This document shows positions 52,728 to 63,564 of a stretch of DNA of 64,000 nucleotides, piece after piece. A program made the translations under genes and the position numbers. The notes below the pieces were generated by a model, which saw nothing but the letters and a program-made list of their open reading frames with translations, was not told where the DNA came from and did no database searches. Numbering within the stretch: the first letter of the stretch is position 1; the number at the start of each line of letters is the position of its first letter. Source of the stretch: Malacoraja senta. Its lineage: Eukaryota. The DNA lies in assembly GCA_038087875.1 (NCBI GenBank), contig CM075987.1, positions 23,438,001-23,502,000 of the forward strand, written 5' to 3'.

Positions 52728-54301
52728 CAGTGCCCTCCATAACGTTTGGGACAAAGACCCATCATTTATTTATTTGCCTCTGTACTCCACAATTTGAAAT
52801 TTGTAATAGAAAAAAAATCACATGTGGTTAAAGTGCACATTGTCAGATTTTAATAAAGGGTATTTTTATACATTTTGGTTTCACCATGTAGAAATTACAG
52901 CTGTGTTTATACATAGTCCCCCCCCATTTCAGGGCACCATAATGTTTGGGACACATGGCTTCACAGGTGTTTGTAATTGCTCAGGTGTTTAAATGCCTCC
53001 TTAATGCAGGTATAAGAGAGCTCTCAGCACCTAGTCTTTCCTCGTCTTTCCATCACCTTTGGAAACTTTCATTGCTGTTTATCAACATGAGGACCAAAGT
53101 TGTGCCAATGAAAGTGAAAGAAGCCATTATGAGACTGAGAAACAAGACTAAAACTGTTAGAGACATCAGCCAAACCTTAGGCTTACTAAAATCAACTGTT
53201 TGGAACATCATTAAGAAGAGAGCACTGGTGAGCTTACTAATTGCAAAGGGACTGGCAGGCCAAGGAAGACCTCCATAGCTGATGACAGAAGAATTCTCTC
53301 TATAATAAAAAAACATCCACAAACACCTGTCCGACAGATCAGAAACACACTTCAGGAGTCAGGTGTGGATTTGTCAATGACCACTGTCCGCAGAAGACTT
53401 CATGAACAGAAATACAGAGGCTACACTGTAAGATGCAAAGCACTGGTTAGCCGCAAAAATAGGATGGGCAGGTTGCAGTTTGCCAAGAAGTACTTAAAAG
53501 AGCAACCACAGTTCTGGAAAAAGGTCTGGTGGACAGATGAGACAAAGATTAACTCATATCAGACTGATGGCAAGAGCAAAGTATGGAGGAGAGAAGGAAC
53601 TGCCCAAGATCCAAAGCATACCACCTCATCTGTGAAGCACAGTGGTGGGGGTGTTATGGCCTGGGCATGTCTGGCTGCTGAAGGAACTGGCTCACTTATC
53701 TTCATTGATGATACAACTGCTGATGGCAGTCGCATAATGAATTCTGAAGTGTATGGACATATCCTATCTGCTCAAGCCTCAAACTCATTGGCCGGCAGTT
53801 CATTCTACAGCAAGACAATGATCCCAAACATACTGCTAAAGCAACAAAGGAGTTTTTCAAAGCTAAAAAATGGTCAATGCTTAAGTGGCCAACTTAATCA
53901 ACTTATCTGAACCCAATTGAGCATGCCTTTTATATGCTGAAGACTAGCCCCCAAAACAAGCATAAGCTAACGATGGCTGCAATACAGGCCTGGCAGAGCA
54001 TCACCAGAGAAGACACCCAGCAACTGGTGATGCCCATGAATCGCAGACTTCAAGCAGTCTTTCATTTGTGACATTGCTGAGTCCCAAACATTATGGTGCC
54101 CTGAAATGGGGGGACTATGTATAAACACTGCTGTAATTTCTACATGGTGAAACCAAAATGTATAAAAATAGCCTTTATTAAAATCTGACAATGTGCACTT
54201 TAACCACCTGTGATGTTTTCTATTACAAATCTCAAATTGTGGAGTACAGAGGCAAATACATAAATGATGGGTCTTTGTCCCAAACATTATGGAGAACACT
54301 G
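52728..54301 (+). mobile_element. Tc1-family DNA transposon, near full-length second copy, frameshifted
   Basis: Same TIRs with flanking TA. Transposase motifs MRTKVVPMKVKEAI..., WKKVWWTDETKIN, VKHSGGGVMAWAC, with frameshifts. Confidence 0.96.
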
Positions 54302-56393
54302 TACTTCTCCAGTTCCATTTTGAGTTGGATTTTCCACTGCTCCACCCCCTGGCAATGCTTTCAGACTCTAGACATTTGCAGTGGAAAAAAATGTTCTTCC
54401 CCTTAAATTAACTTTAGTCATTTCAACCAAACACAAACTCCCTGTTTGCTTTCTTCTTAACCTTCCAATAAATAGGAATGATCTCTCCGTCTATATATTT
54501 GAAGGGATTGGCATTGACCCCTTTCCCGACGGAACTGTAATTCTCCTTCTTTCCACGATGGGATCAAACCAGGCAGGAGAGAGCACCTCGAAGAAACCCC
54601 TCAGTGGCACAGCGGTAGAGACGCCCGGGTCTCTTACAGCGCCAGAGACCCGGGTTCGATCCCGAGTACGGGTGCTGTCTGTACGGAGTTTTCTCCGGGC
54701 GCTCCGGTTTCCTCCCACGCTCCAAAGACGTACAGGTTTGTAGGTTAATTGGCTTGGTGTAAATGTTAAATTGTCCCTCGTGAGTGTGGGACGGTGTTAG
54801 TGTGCGGGGATCGCTGGTGGGTGCGGGGCGGAAGGACCTGTTTCCACGCTGAATCTCTAGAATGAGCTAAAAAAACGGAGCAAGAGGGTTGTCAATACGG
54901 CAGGTTTGGACATTTTTACAGAAAGGGGAGGGCTGAGGCCCAGGGTGGAATAAGCGGCTCCTTGGCGCCATGAGTTTAGTGAACGGGCTCAACCACCTCA
55001 CCCTCAAACCACCAAGGGAACGAGCTGTATCACACAAAGGGAAGCGGCTTTGAAGAAACAAGGCCAAGCATACGGGTGTGTTCCTCACTTGAGAGCCACA
55101 GACATCTGGCCAATCACTCACCAAATCCTTACTACAACCCTTACTGCTGAACCACAGTACCATACATCTACTGCCTCTACTGTGCCTGTGTGCTGGTTCT
55201 TTAGCAGAGCTGTTGAATTCAGTTCCCTAAGCCTTCACTAGCAATCCTGCAAATCTTATTCCTTCAACGATCAATTTGAAAACTGACCCTGAATCTAGTT
55301 TACTCGCAGACAGTGACAATTCTGTAATGGATCCATCGCAGCCTGCAACAGGGCAGCACGTTGGCACAGAGGTAGAGTTGCTGCATAGTCCCGGGTTCGA
55401 TCCTGACTGAAGGCGGTGTCTGTATGGAGTTTGTACGTTCTCCGTGGGTTGTATGACCGCATGGGTTTTCTCCGGGTGGCTCCGGTTTCCACCTGCATTC
55501 CAAAGACGTGCAGGTTTGTAGGTTAATTGGCTTCAGTAAAAATTGTCCCTAGTGTGTAGGATAGTGTGTGTGCGTGTGTGTGTGCGGGGATCGTTGGTTG
55601 GCGCGGACTTGGTGGGCCGAAGGGCCTGTGTATCTCTGAACTAAACTAAACATCTGAGAAGCCTGAAGTTCAAAAGATCTGCATTGAGAAATTGTAATGT
55701 TGTTCTCAGTCCTAAAATGGTCAAACTTTCACTTTGAGTTAGACAATAGACAATAGGTGCAGGAGTAGGCCATTTGGCCCCTTCGAGCCAGCACCGCCAT
55801 TCAATGTGATCATGGCTGATCATCCCCAATCAGTACCCCGTTCCTGCCTTCTCCCCGTATCCCCTGACTCCGCTATTTTTAAGAGCCCTATCTAGCTCTC
55901 TTGAAAGCATCCAGAGAACCTGCCTCCACGCTGTCTGAGGCAGAGAATTCCAGTCTGTGGAAATTCTTTGCCACTTTGAGTTGACGTCCCTTCATTCTGG
56001 ATGGGAACAGCCTGGAAGGGCACCCACCAGTTCAACTAGTGACGGGCGCCGACCCGAATCGTGGTCTCTCCACGTCCTCCAGAGATGCTGCCAGACCTGC
56101 TGAGTTACTCCAGCACTTGCATGGGTTTTTTTCTTTGGTAAACCAGCATCTGCAGTTCCTTGCATCTCCAACTAGTCCTGGAACCTTTGCACCTGTTCAT
56201 GAGAGCACCTCACGTCCTTCCCAAGTCCAGCCAGTCCCAACTCCAGCGGTGCGAAATATGACAAGAGGTGACGCAGGGTCGGGTACAGGGAACAGTTTAT
56301 TACATTGAACACAGAAACAAATTCAAAACGAAATGGCTGCAATCACAGGGCACCCTGATCTGAATAAGGGTCCGGGACCCAGCCCCATAAACT

Positions 56394-56430
<37 letters not shown>

Positions 56431-57009
56431 AGTGAATCAGGCTGGGAGAGCACCTGCACTGCTCGTGGGACCAATCTGAGAAACCCCACAGTCTCCCCTC
56501 TCGGCAAAGAGCAGAAACTCCTGGGGAATCCCACATCAGTCAGTAACCAGAGTGAATTAGACTGCGGTGGAATGCTCAGACCAGATGGGCATGCAGATCC
56601 ACTGATTGGAAATTAAAAACCAACAGGGAACAATTCTCGAACGGCCCCAGCAAACACTTGCTTCCACCCTGCAGACTATTAAAGTATTAACATTTACAAT
56701 AATTCAGTGAAATTCAATCTAACAAAAGGGATAAAGTTTCATTTATACAAAAATAGATTTCTGTAGACATTTCTCTTCTCTTTTTCTGTTTTTCAGCAAG
56801 TGTTCGTAGTGTCAACACAGACTGATCGCCATCTCATCTCAAAACTGACTGAGCACAAGGACGGGGCACACCCCACCAGTAAGGCTCGGTCACCAGGGAG
56901 GGGGGTACGTGAGATAGAGACCCACATTGTGTGTGGGGGGGGGGGGGGGGGGGATGAACATACACACGCAGAGACACAGTGAGAGAGCAACGGGACACAT
57001 CTACAGCAC

Positions 57010-57713
57010 ACGCACTCATTCACTCACACGGACCCACTACACACACGCCACGCAGACCCACCATAGACACACACGCGCTCTCACACACCGCCCCACACGC
57101 TCACACACAGACCCACACATACACGCTCACACACTCATAGACCCACATACACTCACACAAGCGCTCTCATACATAGACCCACATACACTCGCTCGCTCTC
57201 AGACAGATGCAGACCTGCACGCCACAGACCCACAGACACACACACACTCGCTCACACACACACCCAGACACACACACTCGCTCACACACTCGCTCGCACA
57301 CACACACACTCGCTCTCACAGACCCAGACAGATCCACACATACCCGCTCGCACATACCCACACACTCGCTCACACACACACACACACACGCTCTCACACA
57401 CCGCCCCACACGCTCACACACAGACCCACACATACACGCTCACACTCATAGACCCACATACACTCACACAAGCGCTCTCATACATAGACCCACATACACT
57501 CGCTCGCTCTCACAGACGCACAGGCCTGCACGCCAGACCCACACAGACACACACACTCGCTCACACACACACCCAGACACACACACACTCGCTCGCACAC
57601 ACACTCGCTCTCACAGACCCAGACAGATCCACACACTCGCTCACACACACCCCCGCTCGCACATACCCACTCGCTCGCACACACACACACAGACCCACAC
57701 ACACCCGCCCGCA

Positions 57714-57744
<31 letters not shown>

Positions 57745-57830
57745 CATGCTCGCAGACACACACACACAGACCCACACACACACCCGCCCGCACACACACA
57801 CAAACCCACGCACACACTCGCTCTCACACA
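57010..57830. repeat. CA-rich low-complexity block with an internal ~310-bp tandem duplication
   Basis: 57065-57370 recurs at about 57380-57670; for example gctctcacacaccgccccacacgctcacacacagacccacacatacacgctc occurs twice. Confidence 0.85.
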
Positions 57831-58529
57831 GACAGGTTGAAAGAGAAGACAGGCAGATAAAGGCATACAGGAGAGATTGGGAGAACTGTAGACAAGTATA
57901 GATTTTGCTATGATTGGCCATAAAATGAGATTAAACAATGTGCCAGGCAGTGAGCGTGGGTAAATGAGGAAAGGCAATAGACAAGCTGAATGTCTGTATC
58001 CTGAATATCCAGGAACATCTGTCTCCTGGTGTGAGCCACCTCCGCCGTGCTCCTGCCCTGTGGCTGTGTTCACAGACGGGTCGGCTGTGTTCACAGACGG
58101 GTCTGCTGTGTTCACAGACGGGTCGGCTGTGAGCGTCTCAATTATTGCTTAACTTTCTGTACTCGCAACAGTTTAAAAATGCAATTTTTAACTTGTTTTT
58201 TTTAACAAATTGCTGTACTTAAAATATTTATATTTTAGGTTAAAATTCAGATTTGAAGTAAAATAAAGACATGAACCAAAACAAGAGGGCATTGAAGAGG
58301 ACCCGCACACGCGGGCGAATGCCACTCGCCACAGGGAGCGGGCAGTGAGGGTGAGGAACTGAAGACAGGGAAATAGTTAAACAACCTTTAAACTCCAGTT
58401 ATCCACGATCTGGAAAAACAGACACAAGCTGCTCAAGGTCAATCTGCATGAAACTCTCCTACGACCCCCTCTGGCCTCCGAGGAGAAAGGGAGAGGGAGG
58501 GGGAGGAAAGGCCAAGCAGGAGGGGGGGG

Positions 58530-59065
58530 GGAGAGAGTGAGAGGGAGAGGGAGGGGGAGTGAGAGAGAGGGAGAGACAGTGAGAGAGAGACAGTGAGAGA
58601 GGCAGAGTGAGAGGCAGAGTGAGAGACAGAGTGAGAGACAGACAGAGTGAGAGACAGACAGAGTGAGAGACAGAGTGAGAGACAGAGTGAGAGAGACAGT
58701 GAGAGAGACAGTGAGAGAGAGACAGAGTGAGAGAGACAGAGTGAGAGACAGACAGTGAGAGACAGACAGAGTGAGAGACAGAGTGAGAGACAGAGTGAGA
58801 GAGACAGTGAGAGAGACAGTGAGAGAGAGACAGAGTGAGAGAGACAGAGTGAGAGACAGACAGTGAGAGACAGACAGAGTGAGAGACAGACAGTGAGAGA
58901 CAGACAGAGTGAGAGAGACAGTGAGAGAGGGGACAGTGAGAGAGGGGGACAGTGAGAGAGGGGGACAGTGAGAGAGGGGGACAGTGAGAGAGGGGGACAG
59001 TGAGAGTGAGAGGGAGAGAGTGAGAAGGAGAGAGTGAGAGTGAAAGAGTGAGAGAGAGAAACAGG
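58530..59065. repeat. GA-rich microsatellite (GAGACAGAGTGA-type units)
   Basis: Direct inspection. Confidence 0.95.
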
Positions 59066-60211
59066 AGAGAGCATGGGAGAGAGGGAGGTTGTATTAGTGT
59101 GGAGGACGAGGCGTGTGCTTGGGGAAGAGTGACGCTGATCAGTTTAAGTGCAGATTGAACAATAATTGAGCTCCAATGTTGTAAAGCCAAACTCCTTCTG
59201 CCCAGCCCCGTTCTGTATTCAGGGTTCAACTTCAACTTCAACAATTAATTGGACGATTTCCTTAGCAGCAAAGAATCTTCTGGATGCGAGCCCCAGCCCC
59301 GGCCCCGGCCGATGGTCACGGACTTGGACTAGACTGAAGGGGTGAGCGATGTACCAATCCATCGTTGGTGGCTCAGGGGAAGGAGGCTGTTGGGGCCGAG
59401 TGGTTCACACGCGCACACAGGAGGTCACTTCACCCACACAGCACGTCCGGCTTGAAGCCAGGAGTTTCATCCCAAAAACCTCACCCACCTGCTGCACGCA
59501 CGGCCCGAGGTTTGAAATTTCGTTCCGATTAATCCAAGATTTAAGGAATAGCGGAAAGTATTCCGTGAAACATTCAGACGGCAGACCGAGGGCGACAATG
59601 AGAACTACTCCACGTGGAAGCGCGCGCGCGCTTTGTTCGTCAGCCTCACCTCTCCCGCCGGCCCAGCGACAAAGCCCGGAAGGATCCGTGTCGGCTTGGG
59701 AGAGTTTGCCACTGAACTAGCGAGAGGGCAGAGTCCGAGGCGGCCGAATTCCATCTTGAATTGGTCAGATGACGTCCGCCTTGCTTGGCACTTCCGCTGG
59801 GAAGGTCGTGCCGGGGGCTGGAGGCCGTCGGAGGTCCTGGCCAAGTCCAACCTCCGGCGCTGACGTATGTCCCTGGAGGCTGCCCTGTACTCCAGCACCA
59901 AGCCGGCAACGAAATCCAAGTCAGACAAAGCCTCTCCTGCACCAGGGGGAAGAGTCGGGATGCGTGCCGTCACATGCTTCTTCTCAACAAGCAAGTCGTC
60001 ACAGACCCAGAGATTGATGCAGAGTGTATATAAAAAGAAAATTATTCCTTTGACAACTCATTAATGAGGAATTACAGTTGAGGGAGGGAGGGGGGGTGGG
60101 GTGGATGGGGAAGGAGGGGCTGTAAATGCAGAGGGGAGGCCGAGGGCTTTTGCACCGAGCCTGTACAAAAGGATGGCAGATTGTTTCTGGGTTGGAGCTC
60201 CCACGGCCCAC

Positions 60212-60359
60212 TTAGGTCATCTGGTGAGGAGCTTCCAGCATCTCCATGAGGAAAGTGTCAATGGGTGTGTCGCCGATCAGCTTGAAGAAGAAAAGGTGCT
60301 CCAGGCATTTCAGTCCGATGGATCTCAGCGCTGGTAACCGCAGTAGGAGCTTGGCAAAC
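60212..60359 (-). CDS. Retinoid X receptor (NR2B, RXR-alpha-like), last coding exon with AF-2 helix and stop
   Basis: ttaccggacag|G TTT GCC... reads (R)[48 protein letters not shown], the diagnostic RXR C-terminus. The ending EAPHQMT is as in RXRA. Confidence 0.98.
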
Positions 60360-60665
60360 CTGTCCGGTAACAAAGGGAAGGGTTCAGAGTCGACACAAAA
60401 GGTGCGGCCCAAGCTTCAACCCATTACAGAGTTGGTGATGGTGGAGTTGGCTGTGTGGGTGAAATGCCTGAGCACAGTATGGCACAAAACAGCAGGGTGG
60501 CAAGAGGGCGCAGCGGTAGAGTTGCTGCCTTACAGCACCAGAGACCCGGGATCCATCCTGACTACGGGTGCTGTCTGTACAGAATTTGTACGTTCTCCCC
60601 GTGACCTGCCTGGGAGATCTTTGGTTTCCTCCCACACTCCAAAGACATACAGGTTTGTAGATTAA

Positions 60666-60880
60666 GTGTTAAAGAAGGAACTGCAGATGCTGGAAAATCG
60701 AAGGTACACAAAAATGCTGGAGAAACTCAGCGGGTGCAGCAGCATCTATGGAGCGAAGGAAATAGGTAACGTTTCGGGCCGAAACCCTTCAGAAGGGTTT
60801 CGGCCCGAAACGTTACCTATTTCCTTCGCTCCATAGATGCTGCTGCACCCGCTGAGTTTCTCCAGCATTTTTGTGTACCT
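60666..60880. mobile_element. Fold-back Penelope-derived mini-element inserted in a SINE
   Basis: Perfect ~88-bp-arm palindrome centred at 60791, flanked by 16-bp TSD CAGGTTTGTAGATTAA. Confidence 0.88.
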
Positions 60881-60922
60881 CAGGTTTGTAGATTAATTGG
60901 CTCGGTATAAATGTAAATTGTT

Positions 60923-60953
<31 letters not shown>

Positions 60954-61129
60954 GGATGGGGTTAGTGTGCGGGGATCGCTGGTCGGCGCGGACTCGGTGG
61001 GCCGAAGGGGATGTTTCCACGCTGTATCTCTAAACTAAACAACACGTGGCAGCCCCCGCGGCGTACGAGAGGACTACATCGGGTAGATGCACCCAATCTA
61101 TAGGCGTTTGTCTTTGAGGAAGAGAATTC

Positions 61130-61495
61130 AAAAGACTGGTGAGGCTGCATTTGGAGTATTGTGTTCACTGTCACCCTGCTATAGGAAGGACTTTGTTCAG
61201 CTGGAAAGGGTGCAGAGAAGGTTTACTAGGATGGTGCCTAGTAACTGAGGGCCTGAACTATAGGGAGAGATTGGGCAGGCTTGGACTATATTCCTTGCAG
61301 GAGGATGAGGAGTGATCTTATAGAGGTGTATATGATCATGAGGAAAATATGGGGTGAATGGACAGTCTTTTGCCCAGAGTAGGGGAATCGAGAACCAGAG
61401 GACATAGGTTTAAGGTGAGGAGGGAACGATTTAATGGGAACCTGAGGGGTGACTTTCTTTTTTTACACAAAGCATGGTGGGTGTATGGAACAAGC
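61130..61495 (+). mobile_element. CR1 LINE fragment, degraded
   Basis: LVR.HLEYC, ERVQRRFTRM and ESRTRGHRFKV motifs. Confidence 0.8.
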
Positions 61496-61498
61496 TCA

Positions 61499-61556
61499 TA
61501 CCCCAGTGAGGGTCAGTGTGTGTGTGTGTGTGTGGGACCTGTACCCCAGTGAGGGT

Positions 61557-61626
<70 letters not shown>

Positions 61627-61647
61627 ACCTGTACCCAGTGAGGGTCA

Positions 61648-61694
<47 letters not shown>

Positions 61695-61751
61695 ACCTGT
61701 ACCCCAGTGAGGGTCAGTGTGTGTGTGGGGGACCTGTACCCCAGTGAGGGT

Positions 61752-61808
<57 letters not shown>

Positions 61809-61865
61809 ACCTGTACCCCAGTGAGGGTCAGTGTGTGTGTGGGGGACCTGTACCCCAGTGAGGGT

Positions 61866-61914
<49 letters not shown>

Positions 61915-62016
61915 ACCTGTACCCCAGTGAGGGTCAGTGTGTGTGTGGGGGACCTGTACCCCAGTGAGGGTCAGTGTGTGTGTGTGTGTGTGTTGGACCT
62001 GTACCCCAGTGAGGGT

Positions 62017-62049
<33 letters not shown>

Positions 62050-62069
62050 ACCTGTACCCCAATGAGGGT

Positions 62070-62104
<35 letters not shown>

Positions 62105-62124
62105 ACCTGTACCCCAGTGAGGGT

Positions 62125-62157
<33 letters not shown>

Positions 62158-62177
62158 ACCTGTACCCCAGTGAGGGT

Positions 62178-62212
<35 letters not shown>

Positions 62213-62232
62213 ACCTGTACCCCAGTGAGGGT

Positions 62233-62265
<33 letters not shown>

Positions 62266-63045
62266 ACCTGTACCCCAGTGAGGGTCAGTGTGTGTGTGTG
62301 GGACCTGTACCCCAGTGAGGGTCAGTGTGTGTGTGGGGGACCTGTACCCCAGTGAGGGTCAGTGTGTGTGTGGGGGACCTGTACCCCAGTGAGGGTCAGT
62401 GTGTGTGTGGGGGACCTGTACCCCAATGAGGGTCAGTGTGTGTGTGTGTGTGTGTGGGACCTGTACCCCAATGAGGGTCAGTGTGTGTGTGTGTGTGTGG
62501 GGGACCTGTACCCCAGTGAGGGTCAGTGTGTGTGTGGGGGACCTGTACCCCAATGAGGGTCAGTGTGTGTGTGTGTGTGTGTGTGTGGGACCTGTACCCC
62601 AATGAGGGTCAGTGTGTGTGTGGGGGACCTGTACCCCAGTGAGGGTCAGTGTGTGTGTGGGGGACCTGTACCCCAATGAGGGTCAGTGTGTGTGTGTGTG
62701 TGTGGGACCTGTACCCCAATGAGGGTCAGTGTGTGTGTGGGGACCTGTACCCCAGTGAGGGTCAGTGTGTGTGTGTGTGTGGGGGGGACCTGTACCCCAG
62801 TGAGGGTCAGTGTGTGTGTGTGTGGGACCTGTACCCCAGTGAGGGTCAGTGTGTGTGTGTGGGGGGGACCTGTACCCCAGTGAGGGTCAGTGTGTGTGTG
62901 TGTGTGTGGGGGGGACCTGTACCCCAATGAGGGTCAGTGTGTGTGTGGGGGACCTGTACCCCAGTGAGGGTCAGTGTGTGTGTGTGGGGGGGACCTGTAC
63001 CGCAGTGAGGGTCAGTGTGTGTGTGTGGGGGGGGGGACCCATACC
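61499..63045. repeat. Compound minisatellite: constant GGGACCTGTACCCCAGTGAGGGTCA plus variable (GT)n, in the last RXR intron
   Basis: More than 30 units with a conserved ~25-bp core separated by GT runs of variable length. Confidence 0.97.
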
Positions 63046-63458
63046 CTGATGGTATACCACGTGCTGCCTCACGTTTATATTGAAGATAGACACAAAGTGC
63101 TGGAGTAACTCAGCGGGTCAGGCAGCATCTCTGGAGGTAACAGGATGCGTGACATTTCATGTCGGGACCCTTCTTCAGACTGAAAGCAGAGTGGGGGGAA
63201 CTAGGGGTAAGAAAAGGCCAGGATCATTTGTTGTCGACCCTGCTCTGCCATTTTCTTACCTCCAGTTCCCTCCCTTCTTCTTTCAGTCTGAAGGGTCCTG
63301 ACCCGAAACGTCACCCATCCTCTTTCACCAGAGATGTTGCCTGACCCGCTGAGTTAGTCCAGCACTTTGTGTCTATCTTCAATATAAACGTGAGGCAGCA
63401 CGTGGTATACTATCGTGTACACCTCTGCAGCTCTGAATGGTGCACTGTTGCAAGTTAC

Positions 63459-63564
63459 CTGCCAGGTTGCTCTGGGTATTTCTGTTTGCAGAATCCTTCC
63501 AGGGATGCATACACCTTCTCCCGAAGTGCCTCCACTTCCCCAGGGTTGGACAGGCCTTTGGCAT
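63459..63564 (-). CDS. Retinoid X receptor (NR2B, RXR-alpha-like), penultimate coding exon, ligand-binding domain
   Basis: Minus strand ctcttgcag|AT GCC AAA...GGC AG|gtaac, 106 bp. Reads (D)[34 protein letters not shown](R) and is phase-compatible with the next exon. The ORF track misses it. Confidence 0.96.

Larger units (their letters stand above)
56275..60211 (-). other. Probable long 3'UTR of the RXR gene
   Basis: About 3.9 kb after the stop with no recognisable SINE/LINE copies, unlike the flanks. It has AT-rich blocks (58140-58280, 56670-56790) and a minus-strand AATAAA at 56296-56301. Confidence 0.5.

Noticed and set aside
59349..60064. Several ORFs downstream of the RXR stop
   Set aside because: No homology recognised and no splice structure; consistent with a GC-rich 3'UTR.
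61499..63045. CRISPR-like array (constant repeat with variable spacers)
   Set aside because: The spacers are only (GT)n runs, there are no cas genes, and it lies in a vertebrate intron. It is a compound minisatellite.
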